Shown here piece by piece: positions 28,327-36,671 of a stretch of DNA of 64,000 bases (position 1 is its first letter; every line of letters starts with the position of its first letter). The position numbers were made by a program, and so were the translations under genes. The stretch comes from a virus (lineage: Duplodnaviria > Caudoviricetes): IMG/VR virus record IMGVR_UViG_3300033121_000493, positions 128,001 to 192,000 of that record; one strand, given 5' to 3'. The notes beneath the pieces were generated by a model. That model saw only the letters and a list, made by a program, of their open reading frames with translations. It was not told the DNA's origin and made no database searches.

Positions 28327-28598
28327 CTACTGTGTATCTCGCTACAGACTGTCGAAGTGTAGTTACCCACGACGTGCGAATGAGTAGATTGGTTAAAAAG
28401 CTCAGTAAAACCAGTAGGTACGCTAGTTTCAACCACGTCACACACGTAAAAATTCAAACCAAAGCTACGCTTTCGGTATATAGCCGGTTGAGTACCGTCA
28501 TGTCCAGATAGCACAAATGTAAAATTTGTCGAACAGCGTGGGTCGCGGTTTAATATACTTTCCCAAATCTTAATTGTTGCTTCAGTTGGCTTTTGCAC
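28302..28598 (-). CDS. hypothetical protein (MQKPTEATIKIWE family)
   Basis: YRKRSFGLNF resembles the family-2 motif. Confidence 0.7.
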   Translation of the reverse strand: MQKPTEATIKIWESILNRDPRCSTNFTFVLSGHDGTQPAIYRKRSFGLNFYVCDVVETSVPTGFTELFNQSTHSHVVGNYTSTVCSEIHSSCCAKAWS

Positions 28599-28905
28599 GG
28601 CGCAGTTTTGATCTCGCTCTCAAGGTTTTGTATGCGCGATAAAAATATGGCTCAAAGCTTAATTGGTCGCACGGTATCCACACTTCGCTACACTCGTTAG
28701 CTATTGAAATGTTTTTATGCCAGCTGACATGGCGACACTTTGCTATCTTGTAATTGGCGTGCTCTAGCACTTCTAAAACAACGACACGGCGTACACCGCC
28801 CTCAGCCCACATGAGCTCAGATGCGATATACGCCGTGTCGCCTGGTTTGACATCAGCGACGACAACAGCCTGTTTAAATTTTCTGGCTTGACGCGCCATA
28901 GTCAA
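28582..28905 (-). CDS. hypothetical protein, possible SH3-like barrel
   Basis: VKPGDTAYI...RVVVLEV...VWIPCDQL. Confidence 0.55.
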   Translation of the reverse strand: MTMARQARKFKQAVVVADVKPGDTAYIASELMWAEGGVRRVVVLEVLEHANYKIAKCRHVSWHKNISIANECSEVWIPCDQLSFEPYFYRAYKTLRARSKLRRAKAN

Positions 28906-29183
28906 AGTACATTAACAAGCTCGTCTGACACTAGTACCCACGTTTGCGGCGGGTCATCAAACGTCTCTATATTTACAGAAAAATTGCCAGACTCTTTACC
29001 AGCCTGCGCAGCTAAGATGCTGACAATTTTTACAAGTTTACCATGCGTGCTGTGACCTTTTTTGTTAACGTAAACTAGACTGCCTTCTTTCAGTCTACTA
29101 CTGTTCTTGTTGTAGTTTGACATCTTGAAGCAACCCGTCGTCACTAGAACAAAGATCATCAAACAATTTAAAATCGGCATCAT
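28902..29183 (-). CDS. hypothetical protein, possible KOW/SH3-like
   Basis: LKEGSLVYV..G..HGKLVKIV. Confidence 0.5.
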   Translation of the reverse strand: MMPILNCLMIFVLVTTGCFKMSNYNKNSSRLKEGSLVYVNKKGHSTHGKLVKIVSILAAQAGKESGNFSVNIETFDDPPQTWVLVSDELVNVL

Positions 29184-29646
29184 TATCTGTTTGCATAGCC
29201 TCTACTGTAACCGTAGGCGCAGGAAACTCTGATACAGTTAAGTATTTAGACGATGCGCCTGCGTACTTAGTGGCGTACACTTTATCAAAGTATAGTCCAA
29301 AGTCTCGGGCGGTTCCGTGTACGTTGAATCTGGCGTTCGCTATCTTAAGAATGCAACCTATGATGCGTACAGTTCCGTCCCCGTCAAGCAATCTTACCGA
29401 CAAGACACCAGTTAAATAATCGATCAGAAATTGAAACCTGGAGTCTGACGGCGCAATCTTATTAAAATCACCTTTACCTAACGCTACAGGAACACCTGTC
29501 GGGTCGGCAAAGAAAAACGCTACACCGTTACTGGTGATAAAATGTAAACGATATACACCTTTGTTAATACGGTCGTTATCGGTGTCCACAAATACATTTA
29601 CTTGTGGATATTTTAAGAGTTTATGTTCAGGTATCAGCATCGACAA
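29098..29646 (-). CDS. hypothetical protein
   Basis: 182-aa ORF in operon. Confidence 0.6.
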   Translation of the reverse strand: MSMLIPEHKLLKYPQVNVFVDTDNDRINKGVYRLHFITSNGVAFFFADPTGVPVALGKGDFNKIAPSDSRFQFLIDYLTGVLSVRLLDGDGTVRIIGCILKIANARFNVHGTARDFGLYFDKVYATKYAGASSKYLTVSEFPAPTVTVEAMQTDNDADFKLFDDLCSSDDGLLQDVKLQQEQ

Positions 29647-29869
29647 TACCTGCTACTAAATCGTTATCCGCTCGCGTACATTCGCTGTCCTCGACTTCAA
29701 CGGTAAACAGACCACTGGCGATTTTGCCAATAGGTTTACCGGATTTGTCTACAAACTGGATGATAACTGAGGCTGCACTAATAGTTCGCTCTATGTCACT
29801 GGTACTACCAGACATAACAAACATACGCATGCAGCCTTCAATAATAAGAGATACTTCAAATTCACGCAT
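29627..29869 (-). CDS. hypothetical protein
   Basis: 80-aa ORF in operon. Confidence 0.55.
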   Translation of the reverse strand: MREFEVSLIIEGCMRMFVMSGSTSDIERTISAASVIIQFVDKSGKPIGKIASGLFTVEVEDSECTRADNDLVAGIVDADT

Positions 29870-29871
29870 GG

Positions 29872-30576
29872 TTACTCGGCTTCAACGACCGCCTTAACCT
29901 GGTCGATACGAGCATCAATTGCCGCTTTAAGCTCTTCAAGTTTAGTCAGCACATCCGTACTAATAGTAATGGTATTCTGCTTAACCTCAGCGTTATCAAT
30001 GCTGTTAACCTTGTCGCCGATACCGTCCAGCCAGCAAATTTGCTCTACGGCTTTATCTGCCGTACGTATGAACTTGGCTAACGCAGCCGTAAGCTTAGCT
30101 GGCTTACGCGATTTTTTAGCCGTTCGCCCGGTGAGCTCGTCAAGCTGGTCTGGAAACTTATCGTTAGTAAGGTTGCCCTCTTTTAGTGCTTCAATAGCTT
30201 TGTTTTGCTTATCTTCGTCCTTAATGGACATAATAAGATTCATCATTCTTATTGACGGCGGGTTGTCAGACTTAGCTAGCGTTTCAATCTCTTCAACCGT
30301 CATCTTACTGGCTAGCCGCATAGACAGTTTAATAGACTGCTTTTTACAGTTAAAATTAGCGGCAATATCGTCTAACGATCGCTGCCCGTAAACGTTAGGC
30401 TTAGTCAAAATAGTATTAGCTGCATTACCGCGTAGATACATTAACTTGATATTAGATCCCTGAACCTGATTTTCTTTCTGCTTGAGCTCTTTGACGCGGT
30501 TAATAAACGCCGTGTTCTGATCCGACGTAATAGCCACAGCCGCTTGCTTAGCAGACTTTTCTTTCTTCTTAGCCAT
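29872..30576 (-). CDS. hypothetical helical, basic protein (possible DNA-binding)
   Basis: K-rich; YGQRSLDDIAANF..KQSIKL HTH-like segment; GAGG RBS. Confidence 0.6.
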   Translation of the reverse strand: MAKKKEKSAKQAAVAITSDQNTAFINRVKELKQKENQVQGSNIKLMYLRGNAANTILTKPNVYGQRSLDDIAANFNCKKQSIKLSMRLASKMTVEEIETLAKSDNPPSIRMMNLIMSIKDEDKQNKAIEALKEGNLTNDKFPDQLDELTGRTAKKSRKPAKLTAALAKFIRTADKAVEQICWLDGIGDKVNSIDNAEVKQNTITISTDVLTKLEELKAAIDARIDQVKAVVEAE

Positions 30577-30578
30577 GC

Positions 30579-31880
30579 TTATTCTTCCTCTTTTATCTTA
30601 AACACTTTGCAAACCTGTGCGTCCGATATGCCTGACGCAACTTTAGCTACCTTTTCCCAGTCCAAGTTGACCATCTTACCTGCGATCATATTCAATTGAA
30701 TACGACGAAGATGGTCATCCGTGGCGCGTGCTACACGTGTAAATGCGTTTTGAACAACAAACGCCGACAATTCGGACGTGTTAAGCGCGCTGCGCTCAGC
30801 GGCAGTCGCTACCGCCATTAGCCGAATATCTTTATTAGCCAACATGCCTCTAAAGAAAGATGCGGTAGCAATACACAGCCGCTCTAACGCATACTCGCTA
30901 TCAGTAGTAAAAATAGTAGTCTTTAGCGCAAGCAGTTTTTCAATCGCAATATCGACTAAAGGAATCTGCTCGTGAACAAAATCTTTCAACTTACTACGCA
31001 AGCTATCAATATTCGACACTGCGTTGTGTGTAACGTGCCAGCTAGAATCAAAGACGGAAACGCCTCGATTCCTAACACGAAAAACAAACGGCATAACACC
31101 AGCGCGGCGGTTGCCTACTTCCCCCGAGAAAAAGTACAGACCGCCGCCGTACTCACTCTCTTGCTCTACACGGCAGATGTCAGGCAACAACATCGCACCA
31201 GTAAGCAGATCGCCGTCAAAATACAAATCCGAAACATTACCGGTTGGACATAACTCAAATAATTGCTCCATGAGCCACAGATGACTAATGTCATCTCTGA
31301 AAGCCGAGTTAAGAACAGCTCTAGCGGCCCAATTGTTAGGCCACACGCCAGACACATCTGGCTTAAGCATACGCAGCTTAATTTGTTTATGCTGTCGGTC
31401 TTTGGTAACAAACTTCTTATTAAACTCGGCGCACAAGTGCTCCAAAAGAAGTTTAGCTGTTTCTAGCCCACGCTCGGCGTTTGGATTTCCAAGCGTACGA
31501 AGAAAAGTACCAGACAGTGACTTAATATGAGTGTTTGTGACGATAAACCGAGACAGCGTGTTAAAGAAGGCTGGCGACATTTTCATCGTACGGTCGCCAA
31601 GCTTTAACTGTATCTGACGCTCGTCAATAACAAACTGCAAATCACTAACAAATCGTACTTCATCGTGTATGAGCGATGAGAACCGCTTAACGTTGAGAAC
31701 TACGTCGGAGCACGGCAATGTGTTTGCGGCAACGTGTCCTGTCAGAGTATCGAGCCCGTCTACAGTCTGAACGCGTAACTTAGCGCGATCAAACTGAGAC
31801 AATTTAGGTATTTTCTTAGCACGCTCGATGAGTGTGCCTGTTTCTTTTATTGGCGCTGGAGCGACAGTCAAAGTAGTCAT
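30579..31880 (-). CDS. DUF932-like phage protein
   Basis: RAVLNSAF and GGLYFFSGEVGNRRAGVMPFVFRV resemble the DUF932 RAxLSxxY and GxxxxNSEVG...PxxxRLVC patterns. Confidence 0.5.
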   Translation of the reverse strand: MTTLTVAPAPIKETGTLIERAKKIPKLSQFDRAKLRVQTVDGLDTLTGHVAANTLPCSDVVLNVKRFSSLIHDEVRFVSDLQFVIDERQIQLKLGDRTMKMSPAFFNTLSRFIVTNTHIKSLSGTFLRTLGNPNAERGLETAKLLLEHLCAEFNKKFVTKDRQHKQIKLRMLKPDVSGVWPNNWAARAVLNSAFRDDISHLWLMEQLFELCPTGNVSDLYFDGDLLTGAMLLPDICRVEQESEYGGGLYFFSGEVGNRRAGVMPFVFRVRNRGVSVFDSSWHVTHNAVSNIDSLRSKLKDFVHEQIPLVDIAIEKLLALKTTIFTTDSEYALERLCIATASFFRGMLANKDIRLMAVATAAERSALNTSELSAFVVQNAFTRVARATDDHLRRIQLNMIAGKMVNLDWEKVAKVASGISDAQVCKVFKIKEEE

Positions 31881-31898
31881 GTTTCACCATGTGTATAG

Positions 31899-32480
31899 CT
31901 ATATAGCCGGAGTCCACGAGAATCGTAAGATGTTTACAAAATCTTTAAATGGCTGCATTATGAGTTGTGTATGTTTAGTGTTCCAGGTCAGCATAGTGCC
32001 TTCTACTGGATACTCGGCTGATGGCGTATGCTGCAACGCATTAGTGTAATTATGTAGACATAACTGTACAGTCGCCCAAGGCGCTGTAAAACATACGCAT
32101 ACTTTAGTATTGGCACCATGCCTATCTATCGTTTCTTCCCACACCGTACGCCAAAACTTAGTGCTTTTATATCCGTCAATCCTATGAGTTAAGAACCAGT
32201 TAAAGTTAGTTATTTCCGCTACAGCATTTTGGTCTTTAACAGCTCTAAATATTACCGGAGAAGAAATACGCTCAGAAAGCCACTCTGGCGTAAAACCAGT
32301 AACTTTACTAGCGCCTTCTTCAGCCTCGCGCCGCAGAGCTGCTATCTGTAGCGCGCTAGCGCCAAGATACTTCAACAAAGCGTTGCACACCCGAACTTCA
32401 AACTTTTCTTGTTTGGCCGAGTTCAAATTTTCGAAAAACGCATCAACCTGTTCCGATACAGTCGTCAGTCCGCCACGCAC
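31899..32480 (-). CDS. hypothetical protein, weak Hjc-type resolvase resemblance
   Basis: KQEKFEVRVCNAL N-terminus and W..T/PFKDFV C-terminus; directly downstream of the recA-like gene; no clear PD-(D/E)xK. Confidence 0.3.
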   Translation of the reverse strand: MRGGLTTVSEQVDAFFENLNSAKQEKFEVRVCNALLKYLGASALQIAALRREAEEGASKVTGFTPEWLSERISSPVIFRAVKDQNAVAEITNFNWFLTHRIDGYKSTKFWRTVWEETIDRHGANTKVCVCFTAPWATVQLCLHNYTNALQHTPSAEYPVEGTMLTWNTKHTQLIMQPFKDFVNILRFSWTPAI

Positions 32481-33724
32481 AGTTTTTCCTTGTGAAAGAT
32501 GTCAGGCGAGAATTTAGTACAGCGTGCAATGTGTAGATGATCTTGTAGGTCGCTCATCAGTTTACTATCCTGGCGTAACGCAATGCCAAAATCTTCACCT
32601 GATACCTTATCAACGCCTAGTTGCCTACAGCTAAACGTAGGATTTTTTACAGTTGGGCCTTGTACTACATTACAAATATCTTTAAGCCCGGTGTCTAGCT
32701 CGTAGCCAGCTAAAAATTGCGCCGTAGCTAGATCCCATTCCCACTTCGGTACTTGCTTTTGTTTTCCAGTCGCTGGATCGATTATCCAAGTCCAGCCAAA
32801 TCGTACATCGCACTGTAATTTATCAACGCCAATAGCGTTTTTGTGGCATTTAATGCGAACTAGGTTATAGCCATAATCCGCGTCGCCACGTTCACGCTTG
32901 ATAACTGAAAATCTTAGATCAATAGTACCCTGATAGTCTGGAGCTTTACCGCCTGGCGTATTACTCTGTGGTTGTCCCATAGAGAATCCAGTTGCAACGC
33001 CGCCATCTTTTTCATGTCGTACAACAAGTACAATCCACGGCAAATTTTTAAATGTCTCAACTTGCAACCATCGACTGATAGCATTGGCTATCTGCATACC
33101 TTGGGCTAAGTTAGTTTCACCCTTAGTTTCATACTTCTCATTGATGTCGGCGGTGGCTCGCCCAGTTAGCGAATCAATAATAATACAAGCTGGTATTAAC
33201 GGTATACCAGTACCTAACTTATCGCCTTCTTGTAACTTAAACGTTTTACGATAAAGACTAACGTCGCCGCTTAGCGAAGTAGCCCACTCGTCAATATTAC
33301 TGGGCCTGCGGTACTGCCATTGACGGTCTGTCACATCGCCAATGATGCCAGCAGACAGCTCAGGGTTATACTTATGCTCAGCATCAAACAAGCGCGCGTA
33401 TCCGCCATTTGCAATTACCCACTTAGCGAGCTCAAAGCAAAAGCTGGACTTGTGCGAAGCTGGTTTACCAGCGAGCATAGTCAAAATGCTCATAGGAAAA
33501 ATATCGTTTTGCAAAACATACTGTAATGCTAGCGACGGTATCGGTATCCCAAACTTAAAAACCTGGTCTGCTGATCCGACAAGCACATCGTCACTTCCCA
33601 TTACAGCACGAGCTTGTTTTAGCTCAGCTGCAAAAAAAGCATCTAATGCGTCAGATCCGTCTGTCAACGATTTTGCTGGTTTTTTAGCCACAAAAGCCTC
33701 AAAAAGCCAGAGGTGCAAAAGCAC
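32465..33724 (-). CDS. RecA/UvsX-like recombinase
   Basis: Walker A variant AGKPASHKSS, FDAEH, IIIDSLT, TPGGKAPDY, VRIKCHKN. Confidence 0.85.
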   Translation of the reverse strand: MLLHLWLFEAFVAKKPAKSLTDGSDALDAFFAAELKQARAVMGSDDVLVGSADQVFKFGIPIPSLALQYVLQNDIFPMSILTMLAGKPASHKSSFCFELAKWVIANGGYARLFDAEHKYNPELSAGIIGDVTDRQWQYRRPSNIDEWATSLSGDVSLYRKTFKLQEGDKLGTGIPLIPACIIIDSLTGRATADINEKYETKGETNLAQGMQIANAISRWLQVETFKNLPWIVLVVRHEKDGGVATGFSMGQPQSNTPGGKAPDYQGTIDLRFSVIKRERGDADYGYNLVRIKCHKNAIGVDKLQCDVRFGWTWIIDPATGKQKQVPKWEWDLATAQFLAGYELDTGLKDICNVVQGPTVKNPTFSCRQLGVDKVSGEDFGIALRQDSKLMSDLQDHLHIARCTKFSPDIFHKEKLCVAD

Positions 33725-33754
33725 CCCTGGCTGTAGTTATACTGTACGGTTTAT

Positions 33755-35128
33755 TTAACCTGGTTTATTCGGCATATTGGCCATCATAGCCGTCAACGCC
33801 GACAAATCAATAGGAGCCGGGTTAACACCGGGGATATGCGACTGTGACTGCACTGGTGGCGTTGTAGCCGTTGGACCAGAAGCAGTTTGCGGTACCCGCA
33901 ACGGCTCAGCGACTGTCTGGCTATCAAAAACCATACCGCCGGGCACTGCAGCCGGTTTTGGCTGCTCAGCGGCTGTCTGGCTATCAAAAACCATACCGCC
34001 AGGCACTGCAGCCGGTTTTGGCTGCTCAGCTGGCGTAGTCGCAAAATTAAACTGTATTGGAGCATTATCTGCTGCAGCGTGTTTAAACGAACCGCCACGT
34101 TGCATTGTCATTAACTTTTGTTTCAGACGATCAGGAAGAATGTTAGGAGTATCGCGGAATGACCACGCAAGTAGATCGTCTGGTAACCCAACCGACAACG
34201 CGTTAATCATAGCCGTTTCGTCGGAGTGTACGCGCAGAGCTTTGTCCCACGGCAATTGCCAGGTTTTTCTGACAATGTCAACTGGAATTTTCTGAACGTC
34301 ACTGACCGTGATTGCCACGTTAAACGCATCGTCGTCGTCAAATTTACTGCTTGTTTTATTGGCACTGAAATTAAGGTTACCAGCGTTTGGCTGCTTAAAC
34401 TCTCCAAAAGCTGTACCTGGCTTATGGAATTGTAGCATCCTACCAGTGTCCAATCCTATCACGCCATTATTCTTGAAAATCTTATCCCACTCTTGAGTAT
34501 TAAGCGAAACAGCACTTTCGTACTCTTCCATCACAAGCTGCTGAAGCGCGGATACGGCACGCGATTTCATGCCGATAATACACATCAACTGCGGCTTCTG
34601 ACGACTAACGTACTTAGACGGACCTTGCGCGGTCATCTTACCTGTTATAGCACCGCGTATAAACGCCATAAGTTTAGCTTTAGTTTTGGACTTTGGTCCA
34701 AAGACCGCATCTCTAGCTTCTTTAACCCAGCCATACCACCGCGCATCTGGAGCATTGCCAGTCTCAGTAAGACTATACAGCGTGTTGCGGATTGTCTCCC
34801 ACACACGCAGACCGCGCTTCTCACTATCGTCGAGCGTATCGTCGCCTTTGATATGAATCAAAGTTGACAACTTTGGCTTGCCGTCGGCACCGCCGATGTA
34901 ATCAACAGCGCGATACTTATGGCATACCCAACTGCCAACATCAGACGGCTCTCGCCCTGTACGAATAGGCAACTCATTAAGCCCGTCAGCTGTTAGTTCT
35001 GGGTAAATACGCAATTCAGTACCGGATTGAGTCACATTGTGGTACGATAGGCCAGCTGCTTTAGCTGCTTCAGAAAGGAAAAGAACGCCAGCAAGTCCAG
35101 TATTACCAGTGTCTGTAGAAAAACTCAT
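33755..35128 (-). CDS. hypothetical protein, candidate ssDNA-binding/recombination protein with a P/A/Q-rich tail
   Basis: First gene after a strong promoter and directly upstream of the recA-like gene; ELRIYP strand; low-complexity C-terminus. Confidence 0.45.
   Translation of the reverse strand: MSFSTDTGNTGLAGVLFLSEAAKAAGLSYHNVTQSGTELRIYPELTADGLNELPIRTGREPSDVGSWVCHKYRAVDYIGGADGKPKLSTLIHIKGDDTLDDSEKRGLRVWETIRNTLYSLTETGNAPDARWYGWVKEARDAVFGPKSKTKAKLMAFIRGAITGKMTAQGPSKYVSRQKPQLMCIIGMKSRAVSALQQLVMEEYESAVSLNTQEWDKIFKNNGVIGLDTGRMLQFHKPGTAFGEFKQPNAGNLNFSANKTSSKFDDDDAFNVAITVSDVQKIPVDIVRKTWQLPWDKALRVHSDETAMINALSVGLPDDLLAWSFRDTPNILPDRLKQKLMTMQRGGSFKHAAADNAPIQFNFATTPAEQPKPAAVPGGMVFDSQTAAEQPKPAAVPGGMVFDSQTVAEPLRVPQTASGPTATTPPVQSQSHIPGVNPAPIDLSALTAMMANMPNKPG
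33904..34030. repeat. 60-bp tandem repeat (about 2.1 copies) encoding AEQPKPAAVPGGMVFDSQT(A/V)
   Basis: Lines 33901 and 33961 are nearly identical. Confidence 0.95.
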
Positions 35129-35187
35129 AATGTCCTCATGTTTTGTGTGTTGTAAATAAGCCCTAAATTAATTTAGCGGGCGATTAA

Positions 35188-35216
35188 ACTATAGCAAACA
35201 CACGATAGTTAGTCAA
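35188..35216 (-). promoter_or_regulatory. strong sigma70-like promoter for the SSB-like/recA operon
   Basis: Minus strand TTGACT-17 nt-TATAGT with TG extension, followed by a short hairpin (35160-35181) and a GAGG RBS. Confidence 0.75.
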
Positions 35217-35838
35217 ACTCAAGGCGATACAAAACCGTATCAAAATCGAGATTCTTATTGCTACAATAGGCTTTAAGCTCATTGGCAAACGTAGTGTATG
35301 CTTCTTTAACGTCATGAAACCAAGATTGAATCTCGTCAAGCTTTAAAAATGGCTTAATCGCTAAACCTGAAATATCAATAGTGTCAGTATCAGCTTCGGC
35401 CTGTTCGCGCAAATCAAATGACTTATTCAAAGGACGAAGAACATCCACATCTCGGATATTGTAAGTAATGTTAGCGGCAGAATCGAACCCAAACGTGGCA
35501 TTGTTAGCATGTAGATTAGTCTCGCTCAAACTTAGCTTTAGATCGAAAACGACATTAGCCGGAATAGAAATGACTTCATCAAGACTAAATGTGTTAGTGT
35601 CACGAAGATTGGTATACGATCTCCAATTTGTAATTTCATCAACCGCATTAGCGTAATCGGTATCAGTCGGTTTTGACTGAGCTGTTAGCGGACAAGCGGC
35701 ATTAGAGCACGAGTCACCACGTATAGCAGCAAGGACTTCGTTAACGATTGCTTTACGTGAGGCGGCATCGAGAGTAATGCCTAAAGGCTTATTGTCTTGT
35801 CTTGACATGTTCGTTGTAGCTCCGGATGGCAGTTTCAA
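35209..35838 (-). CDS. hypothetical protein
   Basis: 209-aa ORF; probable start MSRQDNK. Confidence 0.6.
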   Translation of the reverse strand: MKLPSGATTNMSRQDNKPLGITLDAASRKAIVNEVLAAIRGDSCSNAACPLTAQSKPTDTDYANAVDEITNWRSYTNLRDTNTFSLDEVISIPANVVFDLKLSLSETNLHANNATFGFDSAANITYNIRDVDVLRPLNKSFDLREQAEADTDTIDISGLAIKPFLKLDEIQSWFHDVKEAYTTFANELKAYCSNKNLDFDTVLYRLEFD

Positions 35839-36061
35839 GTTGATCGACGTACGTGAACAACAATTCCTGGTTGCGAGTTAACTTATTACGAATAGGCTGC
35901 GGTAAAGCTGCCCACTCGTCGTACGTTATTGGGTCTAACTTAGGGCGATCCTGTACTTGAATTTTAGGATAATTAGCTACGCCAGGACATCCGGCGATAT
36001 TAATCGCGATGAGTATTCCAGCGGCGGATACCAAGAGGATCTTTACTAGTCTCAGACTCAT
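35789..36061 (-). CDS. lipoprotein, o-spanin-like
   Basis: From ATG 36061: MSLRLVKILLVSAAGILIAINIAG-C lipobox, Pro-rich segment, C-terminal helix; overlaps the upstream gene in another frame. Confidence 0.6.
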   Translation of the reverse strand: MSLRLVKILLVSAAGILIAINIAGCPGVANYPKIQVQDRPKLDPITYDEWAALPQPIRNKLTRNQELLFTYVDQLETAIRSYNEHVKTRQ

Positions 36062-36239
36062 CCAGCTCGACTGGCTTAATTGACTGTACAGCATCAGTAA
36101 TATCCTTTTCAATTTTTAACGCAGCTTGCTCGCGCTGTAATTTTTCTTGGTCATCCTTGATTTTTTGCTCAGCCGACTGAAGGCGTATTAGCCCAAAAAT
36201 TCTACCGATAAACTCAAGAACTAGTGTGAGCCAGCGCAC
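36000..36239 (-). CDS. i-spanin-like protein
   Basis: Hydrophobic N-terminus then coiled coil (AEQKIKDDQEKLQREQ); 3-prime end overlaps the lipoprotein gene. Confidence 0.5.
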   Translation of the reverse strand: MRWLTLVLEFIGRIFGLIRLQSAEQKIKDDQEKLQREQAALKIEKDITDAVQSIKPVELDESETSKDPLGIRRWNTHRD

Positions 36240-36245
36240 TGTACG

Positions 36246-36662
36246 TCACTTCTTATCGATATAGGTTGCCTGAATGCAGTCAGCCAACTCGCGGAAATTG
36301 AGACTGTACACGTCGTTTAACTCTCCAATACTCTTAAACAAACCTTTACCTTTTGTGTTAACTTTAATCTTGGTCTTATGCTCTTTGACGAGCCGCTTAT
36401 TAATGACATTAACGGTCTCATACGGTACGTAAATGTATGGGTCTGAAGAATTAAACCCGTAGTGCTTGCGTGCTTCCTCGGGAAGCGTACTGGCTTGCGG
36501 AGAAAAATCAATCCCGGCAATGACGCACGCTACGCCAAGTGGGTCAAACCGATTCTTGTGCTTAAGCGTACCGGTTGTAGTCTGCTTATACTTATCAGAC
36601 CGAAGCGCTTTAATCCACGAACGAATACGAGTAATCTTTTGTTGCTTAGAAATTCTTGCCAC
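36246..36662 (-). CDS. conserved phage hypothetical protein
   Basis: WIKALRS..YKQ..G.L...LGVAC...LND...F.ELAD.I pattern recalled from many phages. Confidence 0.65.
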   Translation of the reverse strand: MARISKQQKITRIRSWIKALRSDKYKQTTTGTLKHKNRFDPLGVACVIAGIDFSPQASTLPEEARKHYGFNSSDPYIYVPYETVNVINKRLVKEHKTKIKVNTKGKGLFKSIGELNDVYSLNFRELADCIQATYIDKK

Positions 36663-36671
36663 AGTTACACA

